In this document: piece by piece, positions 35,592 to 45,033 of the stretch | Layout: each line of letters opens with the position of its first letter | Numbering within the stretch: the stretch's first letter is position 1 | Assembly (NCBI GenBank): GCA_041173745.1 | Contig: JBEDID010000001.1 | Span: forward strand, 1 to 57,949 | Length of the DNA stretch: 57,949 nt | DNA from: Candidatus Parcubacteria bacterium | GTDB taxonomy: Bacteria > Patescibacteriota > Minisyncoccia > Phycocordibacterales > UBA918 | Direction of reading: 5' to 3' | The notes under the pieces: generated by a model | The model's database searches: none | Told to the model about the DNA's origin: nothing | The model's input: the letters and a program-made list of their open reading frames with translations, nothing else | Made by a program: the position numbers and the translations under genes

Positions 35592-36151
35592 GTTATGTTC
35601 TTAAAAAATGTTTCTGCATCAATGTGCCCTTTTTTCAAAACAGCTTCATAAATTTCCTGTCCCGAGATTTTAAGCTTATGTTCCTTACGGTAAGCCTTAA
35701 ATCCAAGGATTGTGCTTCGCTGTTCTGCAGTAAGGTTTATTTTACTGATGTCTAGTACACCTCGGTCTCGTAACGCTTCAGCATCAGAAATGAACCAAAT
35801 ATCAAACTTCCACCGCTCATTTTTAAAAAGTGTTTTTAGACCGATGTATTTACCGTATGGATATTGAGCGCCAAAACGCGGGTCATCCCAGTCAGCCTTA
35901 ATGAATAAACTACGAATACTATCCTTGCATGTGTCGTGAATATCTCTGAGAATGGTAAAAATCTCTTCGTTGGTATACTCATCATTTCTAATAATTTTTA
36001 TGTCCACATCTCCATGTAACATAACATTTCCAGCATACGCTCCTTCAAATTCAATCCGCCCATATTTTTGAAGTACTGAAAATAAGTTAGATTCATTAAG
36101 AAAGGTGACAGCAGTCTCCCGGTATAGATCACTAATAGTTAATGTGTCCAT
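35582..36151 (-). CDS. putative Pol-beta superfamily nucleotidyltransferase
   Basis: GAYAGNVMLHGDVDIKI (G-x-n-DxD-like) and a later KFDIWF. 189 aa. Assignment tentative. Confidence 0.4.
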   Translation of the reverse strand: MDTLTISDLYRETAVTFLNESNLFSVLQKYGRIEFEGAYAGNVMLHGDVDIKIIRNDEYTNEEIFTILRDIHDTCKDSIRSLFIKADWDDPRFGAQYPYGKYIGLKTLFKNERWKFDIWFISDAEALRDRGVLDISKINLTAEQRSTILGFKAYRKEHKLKISGQEIYEAVLKKGHIDAETFFKNITCN

Positions 36152-36204
36152 GAGTAAAGTATAGCAAGTAATGGGATGTAAGGAATATTATTTTCATCTT
36201 GTAC

Positions 36205-36545
36205 TACTTCCCACTAACGATGGTGACCTGTCAAAGTTTGTGTACTGGTTTACCATGACTCCCACCTTACGATAGTGTTCAATAAAAAAGACAATCGACT
36301 CAGGACATATATTTCAAGGAAGGTGTAAATCATTTCTTGTGCAGGGAGATGAGCATTTAATAACATTGATACGCTATGTAGGACGTAACCCTTTGAGAGC
36401 AAAACTTATTGAGTGTGCTGTTGAGTGGAAATATTCAAGTCGATTGCACGGCAGTGGTGTGCAAAAGAAAATAATCAGTATCGGAGGTTTAGTCTTGCCT
36501 AAAGATTATCTAAAATTCATCCAGATTCCGCTGACTCCAAAATAG
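36205..36545 (+). pseudogene. IS200-like HUH/Y1 transposase pseudogene (N-terminally truncated, frame-disrupted)
   Basis: VLLPTNDGDLSKFVYWFTMTPTLR* in one frame, then ...GHIFQGRCKSFLVQGDEHLITLIRYVGRNPLRAKL...EWKYSS in another. These parallel LVLHPQNDGDLGVFMHRLTNAHTRR and GPLYQGRYKSFLV...LLKYVERNPVRARL...DWKWGS of the intact copy at 52615. Confidence 0.7.
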
Positions 36546-36696
36546 TTGGAAATAGCTCGTACTTCAATCAACAAAAGTACACCATACGGGGGAGAGTTGT
36601 AGGGAGATAAAATGATAGATCAGTTCAAGCTGCAGAGTGCAGTGAGAGGTAAGGGGAGCCCAAAGAAATGCTCCTGACCCTTTTATTCCCCTCCTA

Positions 36697-37602
36697 ATGA
36701 TTCTTGGATCACAGGCAAAACTGGAGAACGATAACCGAGGTATCAACGTAAAGCGAGGACTGCGTACACGAGCCGAGATGGGACTGTGGGTAGGCATGGC
36801 TCCGCTTGGATATCTCACTCAAGGTTTGATGGATAAAAAGTGTCAGCTGATAGTAGATCCACTTAGAGCACCTACCGTGAAGAAGATATTTGAAAAAGTC
36901 GCTTACGAACACTGGTCAGGGCGTAAGGTATATAACTGGTTAAGATTTGAGCTGAATTTCTATACTAGAGGCAACAAACCTCTCACTCTCGGTGGTGTGT
37001 ACCGTATCCTAGAAAACCCCTTCTACTATGGAGTCTTTGAAAGACCCAGAAAAAGTGGAAACTGGTATCAGGGTAAACATACGCCACTAATTACTCAGGA
37101 GTTATTTGAGAAAGCTAAGGTACAACTAAAACGAGACCAGATTGTTCGAGAAACCAAGGAATTCGCCTTCACCAAGCTATTTACCTGCGGATACTGCGGA
37201 TCAGGTATATCAGCTGAAGAAAAGTGGAAACAACTTAAAGACGGCGGAGCTAATAGATACATCTACTACTCCTGCTCACGAGCTAGAGATCGCAACTGCA
37301 AAAACATGTATATCCGAGAAGAAGATTTGATACTAGAACTACTCAAAATACTTGATAAGGTAAATATAAATGAGCTGGGCATGCGGAAAAAACTTGAGGA
37401 CGAGATTGCTAGATTCAACATATTTCAAAGGTCAGTACTTGGAGCGAAGGAAAAGATAAAAACAGATCCTGATACTGACATTCGCAACTATGCGAAGTAT
37501 ATCTTGAAAGAAGGCACGACGATTGAGAAGCGGGAGCTACTAGCGAATTTGCGATCAAGAATAATGTACAAAGATAAAACACTCACCTTGATTAAAGAAT
37601 GA
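36697..37602 (+). CDS. large serine recombinase lacking the N-terminal catalytic resolvase domain (likely remnant)
   Basis: The recombinase domain (GLWVGMAPLGY, YNWL) and zinc-ribbon (CGYCG...YYSCS) are present. The frame is closed by TAA just upstream, so the Ser catalytic domain is missing. Confidence 0.7.
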   Translation: MILGSQAKLENDNRGINVKRGLRTRAEMGLWVGMAPLGYLTQGLMDKKCQLIVDPLRAPTVKKIFEKVAYEHWSGRKVYNWLRFELNFYTRGNKPLTLGGVYRILENPFYYGVFERPRKSGNWYQGKHTPLITQELFEKAKVQLKRDQIVRETKEFAFTKLFTCGYCGSGISAEEKWKQLKDGGANRYIYYSCSRARDRNCKNMYIREEDLILELLKILDKVNINELGMRKKLEDEIARFNIFQRSVLGAKEKIKTDPDTDIRNYAKYILKEGTTIEKRELLANLRSRIMYKDKTLTLIKE

Positions 37603-37878
37603 GGCTTTCGGGACGAATTTCTGAAATATGGTAAAATTAAGGAAATCTGACGTCGAAACATTTTTTCATTTCGACGAAATATGTTCCTTAAATTGTAATC
37701 TCAGCCTTCGGGTCCACCTTTGCGTTTCGACTACGCTTAATCTATTCTTTGAAGCAGAACTTGTTGATTGGAGTGTCACAGTTATTCAAATCTTTAACGC
37801 ACTTCACAGTCATATGTCTAAATTTAGAGCAATTATTGCAGGTGTAACGGTGGGCTGAGATCGCAACTTATTTACAAT

Positions 37879-39564
37879 ATGTCTTCACAAAATAAAAAAA
37901 TAGCGCAACAACTAATGCCGTGGTCGAATAATGAACTGGAAGATCTTTTAAAGGGATTGATTTCGCATGGTTCAGAGGTGGCTAAAATTGATTTTAAACT
38001 TGAACTTGAGACATCAACTTCTGAACAAAAGGCTGAATTACTTAAGGACATTACCGCCATAGCAAATACATACGATGACAGTAATTATGATGATTATGGT
38101 TTTGTAATTTACGGGGTGCAATCGAAGGCCATAGTTGGAATAACTTCCACTGAAAAAAATACTGATAAATTGCAGAATACCGTAGAACAAATATTGAAAA
38201 CCTATATAACGCCAATGCCCCAGATTTATGTAACTGGCTTTATAACAGCAGACAACAAAAGTTGGGGTGCCATTGTAATACCTCCACGAAATACTAAGCC
38301 CCATATGTTCTTTAAAGACATATCTTGCCCAACTAATCAAACTAAGACGCGAAAGCGTGGTGAATGGTTTGTTAGACGCGGAGCAACAATTGACCCAGGT
38401 CTCCCGGAAGATTTAGCGATACTTACGCAAAAGCAAATGGAACTTAGTTTGGAGCCATTAAAAGAAAGTATTAGAAGTTTACAGATTCGAATAGGAAAGA
38501 CTGAGGAACAATATAATAGCGCACTCTTTAAGCTCGTTGAGAGAGCATTAAAATCTCTCCCAGAGATTAGGCAATCTGCAGACCATGCCGATATAGGCGA
38601 TGACCTTGGTGAGGCATTGGGAATGGATTTACCAAGTAAGCTAAAGCAGAGACTCCGCACCCCGAAAAACGAAATAGCAGATGACCTGATTGAGGAAGCT
38701 AAAGCACTTCGTGAATATATTGAAGGTGCGGATACTGGTCTTACATGGACGCCACAACTTAACGATACGGAAAAAAACAAGCAGATGTTTACCGAGCTAG
38801 AAGAAAGAGTGAAAATGTTCCAGGTATCTGTTGCGACTATTCTCTTGAAAGACACTAAGGGTATCTATGATGAAGCTTTCCTTAAGTCACTTAAGATCCT
38901 TACCAAAGAAATAGAAATTCCGACTGGTACGCAGTACAATCGAATTGGAAAAGCTCTACGATACTATCCTCTTTATATTATTCTTTATACGATATTTGTG
39001 TGCGGTGTAGCAAGTAGCCGAGGGAAGCTACTGAGGCAGGTTCTTGATATACCTCTCAAGCATCGAGAAAGAAACGTAACATCTCCGATTACAGACGTTT
39101 ACTTTTATGCATACGAAGCAAAGGCATTGGTCAATGATGCTTTTGGTCAACGGTGGTGTGAACCTCTCGCTAATAGAGTTCGACAGCTAATAAATAACAA
39201 CATCAGTGACATGTTGACTGAGGCGTCGGAACCCGAGTACTTTTTTAAAGGCGAATTTGTTTTTTCTCTTACAAATATCGAGAAGTGTATGAGCACAGGG
39301 GAAGATGCTGACCACAGAGTTCCGTTAGGTGGGCTATATCTTTATTTGCACGAAGCACACGATCCAATACTTGATCTACTACAAGAGCTACCAGATTGGC
39401 TTACAACATTTTATAAGTATCCTCTGAATGAAATCCTAGACATGTTCGATAGAAATAATAATAAAATGTGTGAGGCGGGATGTTTTGCAACTGGCATGCA
39501 TGGAGTAAAGACGGTCGACGTGTACCAGGAAGCTCTGAGAAAAAAGCAGTTAGCTAAAGGGTAA
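37879..39564 (+). CDS. AlbA_2 (Schlafen-like putative DNA-binding) domain protein with uncharacterised 370-aa C-terminal region
   Basis: The N-terminal 180 aa contain E...IDFKLEL...LLKDITAIANT...GFVIYGV...PHMF...VRRGATI, which matches the AlbA_2 pattern. The remainder has no recognisable motifs. Confidence 0.55.
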   Translation: MSSQNKKIAQQLMPWSNNELEDLLKGLISHGSEVAKIDFKLELETSTSEQKAELLKDITAIANTYDDSNYDDYGFVIYGVQSKAIVGITSTEKNTDKLQNTVEQILKTYITPMPQIYVTGFITADNKSWGAIVIPPRNTKPHMFFKDISCPTNQTKTRKRGEWFVRRGATIDPGLPEDLAILTQKQMELSLEPLKESIRSLQIRIGKTEEQYNSALFKLVERALKSLPEIRQSADHADIGDDLGEALGMDLPSKLKQRLRTPKNEIADDLIEEAKALREYIEGADTGLTWTPQLNDTEKNKQMFTELEERVKMFQVSVATILLKDTKGIYDEAFLKSLKILTKEIEIPTGTQYNRIGKALRYYPLYIILYTIFVCGVASSRGKLLRQVLDIPLKHRERNVTSPITDVYFYAYEAKALVNDAFGQRWCEPLANRVRQLINNNISDMLTEASEPEYFFKGEFVFSLTNIEKCMSTGEDADHRVPLGGLYLYLHEAHDPILDLLQELPDWLTTFYKYPLNEILDMFDRNNNKMCEAGCFATGMHGVKTVDVYQEALRKKQLAKG

Positions 39565-39642
39565 AGAAAACAGCTCTCAAATTGAGAGCTGTTTTCTTTA
39601 CCCTAATTAGGGTACTCGGGTCACTCCGATACTTAGTTCTGT

Positions 39643-39732
39643 TGGCGGAGAGAGAGGGATTCGAACCCTCGAAGAGCTTTCACCCTTGGCGGTTTTCAAG
39701 ACCGCTGCCTTCAACCACTCAGCCATCTCTCC
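39643..39732 (-). tRNA. tRNA-Ser (anticodon UGA), CCA encoded
   Basis: 90 nt. Acceptor GGAGAGA/TCTCTCC, anticodon loop CTTGAAA, long variable arm, T arm GAGGG-TTCGAAT-CCCTC. Confidence 0.9.
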
Positions 39733-39916
39733 GTATGCGTTTGATTGTCGTTACTACTGTTTAAATTGAAAAGCGTTTGAGTTTTAATCACTAATTCGTA
39801 ATAGTCGTCTCACGATTCCTTTACTCACTCCGCACTCATGGTCCAGCGATTTTCTCATGGGGAGAAAAAATCGGGACATAAATTCAATATAGTCACTTCG
39901 TTCCTTATTTCATTCA

Positions 39917-39949
39917 CCATCTCTCCGTATGCGTTTAATTGTTGTTACT
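39917..39949. repeat. direct repeat of the tRNA-Ser 5' end plus leader (31/33 nt, copy of 39723-39755)
   Basis: ccatctctccgtatgcgttt[g/a]attgt[c/t]gttact occurs twice, 194 bp apart. Confidence 0.8.
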
Positions 39950-40029
39950 TCTTTCGTCGTTTCTTTCGCTCGAGATAATAACAGAAGATGTGTGAAATGT
40001 ACACCGAGTGTGTGCTACAATAATTGCAA

Positions 40030-40500
40030 ATGGAACCAACACCACGAAGTATTGCTTGGGAAGCCCCTGAGCATCATCATGTCGAAAAAGGAAATGACTG
40101 GTTTTTTGCGTTAGCAATTATCATCATCGCCTTAGTCGTTGCTGCAATTTTATTTGATAATGTACTGTTCGCGCTGTTAATCGGGCTGTCCGGTGGGGCA
40201 TTGGCGGTGTCGGGGGCAAAGCGGCCTTCGATTGTCCCTTATGCTGTGTCAGTGCGAGGGGTTAAGATTGAAGATAAGCTTTATCCATTCTCGGCGCTTG
40301 AAAGTTATCGGATTGATGAAGAGGACCCGCGAGGCCCGCAACTACTCATTAAGGTGAGTAAGAAAATCATGCCTCTGATTGTGATTCCAATCCCAAAAGA
40401 TCACGTCGACAATATAGAAAACATGCTGAAGGATAAGTTGGTAGAAGAGGAGCTTGAAGAGTCACTCTTTATCAAAGTACTGGAATTATTTGGATTTTAA
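40030..40500 (+). CDS. hypothetical membrane protein
   Basis: Two TM segments (WFFALAIIIIALVVAAILF, LLIGLSGGALAV) followed by a soluble beta-rich domain. ATG 40030 (TTG 40024 in the ORF track). Confidence 0.55.
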   Translation: MEPTPRSIAWEAPEHHHVEKGNDWFFALAIIIIALVVAAILFDNVLFALLIGLSGGALAVSGAKRPSIVPYAVSVRGVKIEDKLYPFSALESYRIDEEDPRGPQLLIKVSKKIMPLIVIPIPKDHVDNIENMLKDKLVEEELEESLFIKVLELFGF

Positions 40501-40582
40501 TGTATGATTTGTCGCACATCCCCAAGGGGATGTGCGACATTTTTAAATGTCGAGTAAAGATAACTAATTTCTTTACATCCTT

Positions 40583-40654
40583 GCTCCCGTAGTTTAATGG
40601 ATAAAACATTGGTTTGCGGTACCGGAACTCCAGGTTCGATTCCTGGCGGGAGCA
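40583..40654 (+). tRNA. tRNA-Arg (anticodon GCG)
   Basis: 72 nt. Acceptor GCTCCCG/CGGGAGC, D arm GTTT/AAAC, anticodon stem TTGGT/ACCGG with loop TTGCGGT, T arm CCAGG-TTCGATT-CCTGG. Confidence 0.8.
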
Positions 40655-40661
40655 CACAGGT

Positions 40662-40703
40662 AAAACAAAAACACTATTCTGCTAAGAATAGTGTTTTTGT
40701 TTT
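40662..40703 (+). terminator. 19-bp perfect hairpin terminator after tRNA-Arg
   Basis: aaaacaaaaacactattct-gcta-agaatagtgtttttgtttt. Confidence 0.8.
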
Positions 40704-40950
40704 AGAAACTGAACTGCTTCAGTTTCGTGCCTGTGTGCTGACCGGAGTTATGTTTTAAGCTTTTTCCTAGAGCTTAAAACAAACGAGGTGGGGTCGAGAG
40801 CACTTAGTAAATTTCGCACGAAGTGCAGAAATATACTTAGTGACTCGTGACCACATAGGTAAAACTCCTGCTTCAGTTTCGTGTCTATGTGCTATGTATC
40901 GTAAATTTATTAATAAGGCGCTAAATAAAACTCGTGGTATGCTATGGGTT

Positions 40951-41334
40951 ATGAAAAGAATGGGAATTGATTTTGGAACTAAAAAAATTGGCATTGCCCT
41001 AACGGACGATGCCGGCCGAATGGCGTTTCCACATGAAGTGGTGCCAAACGACGGAAAGTTTTTGTCTTACATAGAATCTCTGGTGACCCAGCGAGGAGTT
41101 GCTGAAATTGTGATTGGTCACTCGCTTAATAATGATGGACAGGCTAATCCTGTCCATAAACTAGTTGAGGAATTCATGTTGGACATTACTTTATCTATTG
41201 GTATACCAGTACACCTCGAACCAGAGTATTATTCTTCTCAACAAGCCATGCAGCTCCAAGGAAAAAACAAACAAATCGACGCCTCAGCCGCCGCTATAAT
41301 TTTGGACAGTTTTATCACCAAACAAAAAAACTAA
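40951..41334 (+). CDS. ruvX: Holliday junction resolvase-like RuvX (YqgF)
   Basis: MKRMGIDFGTKKIGIALTD is the typical YqgF N-terminus. The longer ORF from 40840 covers a repeat element and was trimmed. Confidence 0.85.
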   Translation: MKRMGIDFGTKKIGIALTDDAGRMAFPHEVVPNDGKFLSYIESLVTQRGVAEIVIGHSLNNDGQANPVHKLVEEFMLDITLSIGIPVHLEPEYYSSQQAMQLQGKNKQIDASAAAIILDSFITKQKN

Positions 41335-41337
41335 ATA

Positions 41338-41673
41338 ATGAAACCTATGATTACTTACGATGATTTTGCAAAACTAGAAATTCGCCTCGGCACGATAGTA
41401 ACAGCTGAAGTGGTTGATGGCGCAGATAAACTTCTAAAATTAACAGTTGATTTGGGAGAAGAAAACCCACGCCAGATTTTGTCCGGCATTCGCGAACATT
41501 TTCCCGATGAATCTGTTTTGGTAGGGAAGCAGTGCCCGTTTGTGGTTAATCTTGCACCCCGAGTGATTCGTGGTTTTGAGAGTCAAGGAATGATACTGGC
41601 TGGTGGTATGGAAAATGTGTTTGCACTTCTTCATCCCAGTACTGAAGTGCCAGCCGGAACCCTGATACAATAA
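41338..41673 (+). CDS. tRNA-binding protein (CsaA / EMAP-II-like OB fold)
   Basis: FAKLEIRLGTIVTAEVV...KLLKLTVDLGEE..RQILSGI...VVNLAPR...G..SQGMILA. Confidence 0.8.
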   Translation: MKPMITYDDFAKLEIRLGTIVTAEVVDGADKLLKLTVDLGEENPRQILSGIREHFPDESVLVGKQCPFVVNLAPRVIRGFESQGMILAGGMENVFALLHPSTEVPAGTLIQ

Positions 41674-41678
41674 TTAAA

Positions 41679-42290
41679 ATGTCATTAGAAAAAGATTTAG
41701 AAATTAAACTAGAAGAAGTCTTGCACGCTGATTCTGTTACCAAAGCCAAGCGCATTATGCGCTCTCGTTCGGGTGTGGTTATGGTGGGAATTATCTCGTT
41801 TATAGAATCAGCCCTACCCTTACCAATTCTGACAGACCCGTTTCTAATCGCTGCTATTTTGGTAGAACGTACCAACGCAGTTCGTTTAGTTGTGGTGACA
41901 ATAATCACCTCAGTGTTAGGTGGTGTTTTCGCTTATTTTACTGCCGCTATGGCACTTAATTTGTTGATGCAATGGTTGCCGGCGGGAGCCTTGAACGATT
42001 TTAATCAACTGATGGCCAACAATCAATCAAGTGCTTTCACACTGGCTTTTGTTGGAGCCTTTACTCCGGTGCCTTATACAGCCGCAGCGTGGGCGGTAGC
42101 AGTGATGAAGGGAAGTATCTGGGCCTTCATTGCGGCCTCTATCATCGGTCGCGGCGCTCGTTATATTATTGTTGGCTACAGTGTTTACAGATTTGGCCCG
42201 CTGGCTACCACCTATGTTAAGCGTTACATTGGAATTCTTTCATTGCTTTTGATAGTAATTGCGCTTGCTTACTTTATCATCAGGATGTGA
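41679..42290 (+). CDS. YqaA/DedA-related membrane protein
   Basis: 203 aa and polytopic. ESALPLPILTDPFL and FTPVPYTAAAWA motifs. Confidence 0.6.
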   Translation: MSLEKDLEIKLEEVLHADSVTKAKRIMRSRSGVVMVGIISFIESALPLPILTDPFLIAAILVERTNAVRLVVVTIITSVLGGVFAYFTAAMALNLLMQWLPAGALNDFNQLMANNQSSAFTLAFVGAFTPVPYTAAAWAVAVMKGSIWAFIAASIIGRGARYIIVGYSVYRFGPLATTYVKRYIGILSLLLIVIALAYFIIRM

Positions 42291-42343
42291 GTTTCTGGTA
42301 TCGAAACTAGAGCCGTAACAGCGTATACTAAAGGGACAAAAAC

Positions 42344-43432
42344 ATGTCGGTTCTTTCACGCTTTTTACCACCACCAACTTATATCACCATACCAGCGGTT
42401 GGGGTTGATATTTCTGATACCTCATTAAAATACTTTGCCTTCAAACCCTCTGTCCGCGAAGGAGCGGAGAGAGAATTGCTACAGTGGGGAGATATCCCTA
42501 TTCCTAGTGGTGTGGTCGATAAAGGTGTTGTTCACGACTTAGAAAAATTAGTCTTGGTTTTAAAAGAGTTCAAAGCTAAGACCGGAGCGGAGTTCGTTAA
42601 TGTTTCATTGCCTGAAGAAAGAGCCTATGTGTTTGAGACTGAGGTGCGCCGTAATACTCCACTCAAAGAAATCCGCGGATTACTAGAATTCAAGTTGGAA
42701 GAGAATGTACCAATACCTTCCAAGGATGTGCTTTTTGATTATGAAATCCTAGAAAATGACGAGGACGATAGAACCGTTCGGATTTCGGTGGTTGCTTATG
42801 CTAAAGAGACTATTCAACATTATTACGATGCTTGTATCGAAGCCGGTCTTAAACCAGTCTCGTTTGAAGTTGAGTCTCAAGCGGTGGCGCGGGCTGTAAT
42901 TCCAAAAGATATTAAAGGCACTTCGATGCTAGTGGATTTTGGTAAAACTAGATCAGGCATTGGAATTGTTAGTAATGGTATCTTGCTTTACACTTCGACA
43001 ATAGATATTGGTGGAGACTCGTTGTCGCAAGCTTTACGGAAAGTAGTCAGTGCAGATACCTCAGAGGCTGAATTAACAATCCTAAAAAACACTCAAGGCC
43101 TAATCCGGGGGATAGACTCCTCTGATGCTCATAATGCCCTAATAACTACCGTGTCGGTAATAAAAGATGCTCTGGCCGACCGAATGCAATATTGGCACCT
43201 ACTCAATGATAATGATATAGGGCGTCGAATCGATTCGGTTATTTTGTGTGGCGGAAGTTCAAACCTTAAGGGTCTAACGGCTTATTTAACAGAGTCTATT
43301 GGAGTGCCTTGTGTGCAAGGTAACGTCTGGGAAAATTCATTTTCATTATCGAACCATGTACCACCAATTGACCATAATCACTCATTGGGTTACGCCACAG
43401 TCATCGGTCTAGCTCTTAAGCAAAGCACATAG
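42344..43432 (+). CDS. pilM: type IV pilus assembly protein PilM
   Basis: Actin-like ATPase fold motifs (GVDISDTSLKY, DFGKTRSGI, GGDS, CGGSSNLKGL). Followed by pilN/pilO-like genes. Confidence 0.8.
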   Translation: MSVLSRFLPPPTYITIPAVGVDISDTSLKYFAFKPSVREGAERELLQWGDIPIPSGVVDKGVVHDLEKLVLVLKEFKAKTGAEFVNVSLPEERAYVFETEVRRNTPLKEIRGLLEFKLEENVPIPSKDVLFDYEILENDEDDRTVRISVVAYAKETIQHYYDACIEAGLKPVSFEVESQAVARAVIPKDIKGTSMLVDFGKTRSGIGIVSNGILLYTSTIDIGGDSLSQALRKVVSADTSEAELTILKNTQGLIRGIDSSDAHNALITTVSVIKDALADRMQYWHLLNDNDIGRRIDSVILCGGSSNLKGLTAYLTESIGVPCVQGNVWENSFSLSNHVPPIDHNHSLGYATVIGLALKQST

Positions 43433-43434
43433 TT

Positions 43435-43980
43435 ATGATTAATCTTATTCCCACATCTGCTAAACGTAAGTTACTTCTCGAATACTGGTCGCGAGTAATT
43501 TCGGTTTGGTTTTTATTGTGGGCCACTGCCTTGATAGCTAGCGCGTGTATCTTATTACCAGCCTATGTTTTAATTGGTGGAAAAATTACCGCTTATGAAG
43601 CATCATCGGTTGCTGCTTCAGAAAAAGTATCAGGCTATGAAAATATTTCTTCTGAACTCGCAACAGCGAATACTCAAGCCAAAAAAATAATTGACGAAGC
43701 AAAATTAGTTAAGTTTTCAAACTTACTAACACTTTTTTCCGAACTACAGGGTAGTGAGGTACATATAAATAAAATACAATTAGGTCGAGCTAAAGCTGGA
43801 GTAGCACCAGTTATAATGGGTGGTATGGCAGATTCGCGCCAGAGTTTGGCGTCATTCAGAGATAGACTTTTGGCAGACTCAACTATAGAAAGTGTCGATT
43901 TACCAATTTCTAATTTAGCGCAAGATAAAAACATTGCCTTTTCGATTACAGTGGTTTTACGTAAGCAAGAAAATATATGA
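43435..43980 (+). CDS. pilN: PilN-like pilus assembly protein
   Basis: MINLIPT... N-terminus, a single TM, and position directly after pilM. Confidence 0.65.
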   Translation: MINLIPTSAKRKLLLEYWSRVISVWFLLWATALIASACILLPAYVLIGGKITAYEASSVAASEKVSGYENISSELATANTQAKKIIDEAKLVKFSNLLTLFSELQGSEVHINKIQLGRAKAGVAPVIMGGMADSRQSLASFRDRLLADSTIESVDLPISNLAQDKNIAFSITVVLRKQENI

Positions 43981-44489
43981 GCACCGCTACAGTTAGAAAT
44001 TTAATAATTGGATTACTGATTACTATAGCTTCCGCTGCTGCTTTTAGCTTTACTGTCTATACCGTAATTCAGAAAGGTAATAAATTGTCTGCGCTAGTAG
44101 CAACGTTAGAAGAACAGAAAGCCCAAGAAGATTCGTATCTATATTTGCAGCACTTGACTGAAAATACTCAAACAGAAAGAGATGAACTAAAAAAATATTT
44201 TTTAGTTGGAGAAAGTGACAGTATTGATTTTCTTACCCAAGTGGAATCACTTGCTCCACAATTGGATTTAACCATCAAGACTAGTGATTTGAAAAAAATC
44301 ACTGATGTAGAAAAGGTGGATTGGATTGAAGCAACTTTTTCATTTTCCGGTTCACAAACTAACGTCTATAGTTTTATAAAAGTTTTAGAGTCCTTGCCAT
44401 ATGTGCTACGTCTGACCAGTGTAAATGTAGATGCTTTGTCCAGTTCTGACTGGAAAGCAAGTGTTACAATGCAAGTACAAATTCTATAG
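43977..44489 (+). CDS. pilO: PilO-like pilus assembly protein
   Basis: Single TM, coiled coil, then a ferredoxin-like C-terminus. 4-nt overlap with pilN. Confidence 0.55.
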   Translation: MSTATVRNLIIGLLITIASAAAFSFTVYTVIQKGNKLSALVATLEEQKAQEDSYLYLQHLTENTQTERDELKKYFLVGESDSIDFLTQVESLAPQLDLTIKTSDLKKITDVEKVDWIEATFSFSGSQTNVYSFIKVLESLPYVLRLTSVNVDALSSSDWKASVTMQVQIL

Positions 44490-44491
44490 TT

Positions 44492-44983
44492 ATGTCACAT
44501 CAAACTAAATTTACAGAGCTAGCAAAGTCTATCCTTAAGCATAAAAGTGTGATGGTCGCTCCCCGTATTATGCACCCGACCAGGGAGTGGGGAATCGGTC
44601 TAGTTATTGCCTGCCTAATATTTGGCGCTAGCGCAATTTGGAACATACAAACTTATAATAAATTCGATGGTGATCTAACTTCTACACAAGTGGTTGTTAA
44701 TACTAGTGCGGACAAATATAAAGCAGCCCTCATCGAAGAAGCCCTTGCTACTCTAAAAGAACAGAGTGTAAAATACAATAATTTAGTTCTAAATGCTAAA
44801 CCTGTTAGTTCTGTAGAAGTTACTGTTGAACCAGAAGTGGTAAGTCCTGTAGTAGAAGATGTTTCTGCTTCAATGCCGGTGGTTGAGACAACTGGTGCTT
44901 CTTCTAGTGAATCGGTCACTGGTGATATAAGTAGTTCATCACCAGACTTTATTGAGGTTATTCCAGTAATAAAAAGTCAGTAA
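44492..44983 (+). CDS. hypothetical membrane protein in the pilMNO operon
   Basis: Single TM (WGIGLVIACLIFGASAIW) and a Ser/Val/Glu-rich tail. Tightly packed after pilO. Confidence 0.5.
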   Translation: MSHQTKFTELAKSILKHKSVMVAPRIMHPTREWGIGLVIACLIFGASAIWNIQTYNKFDGDLTSTQVVVNTSADKYKAALIEEALATLKEQSVKYNNLVLNAKPVSSVEVTVEPEVVSPVVEDVSASMPVVETTGASSSESVTGDISSSSPDFIEVIPVIKSQ

Positions 44984-45033
44984 CCAACAATCGTAGTTGA
45001 ATAATTAAAGTTTAAAACCCTAACCTAGGGTTT

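Noticed and set aside
36564-36912. ORFs 36564..36818(-) and 36709..36912(-)
   Set aside because: They are antisense to the recombinase remnant and its upstream region, and have no motifs.
39582-39764. ORFs 39582..39764(+) and 40472..40657(-)
   Set aside because: They overlap tRNA-Ser and tRNA-Arg respectively. They are artefacts of open frames across the tRNA genes.
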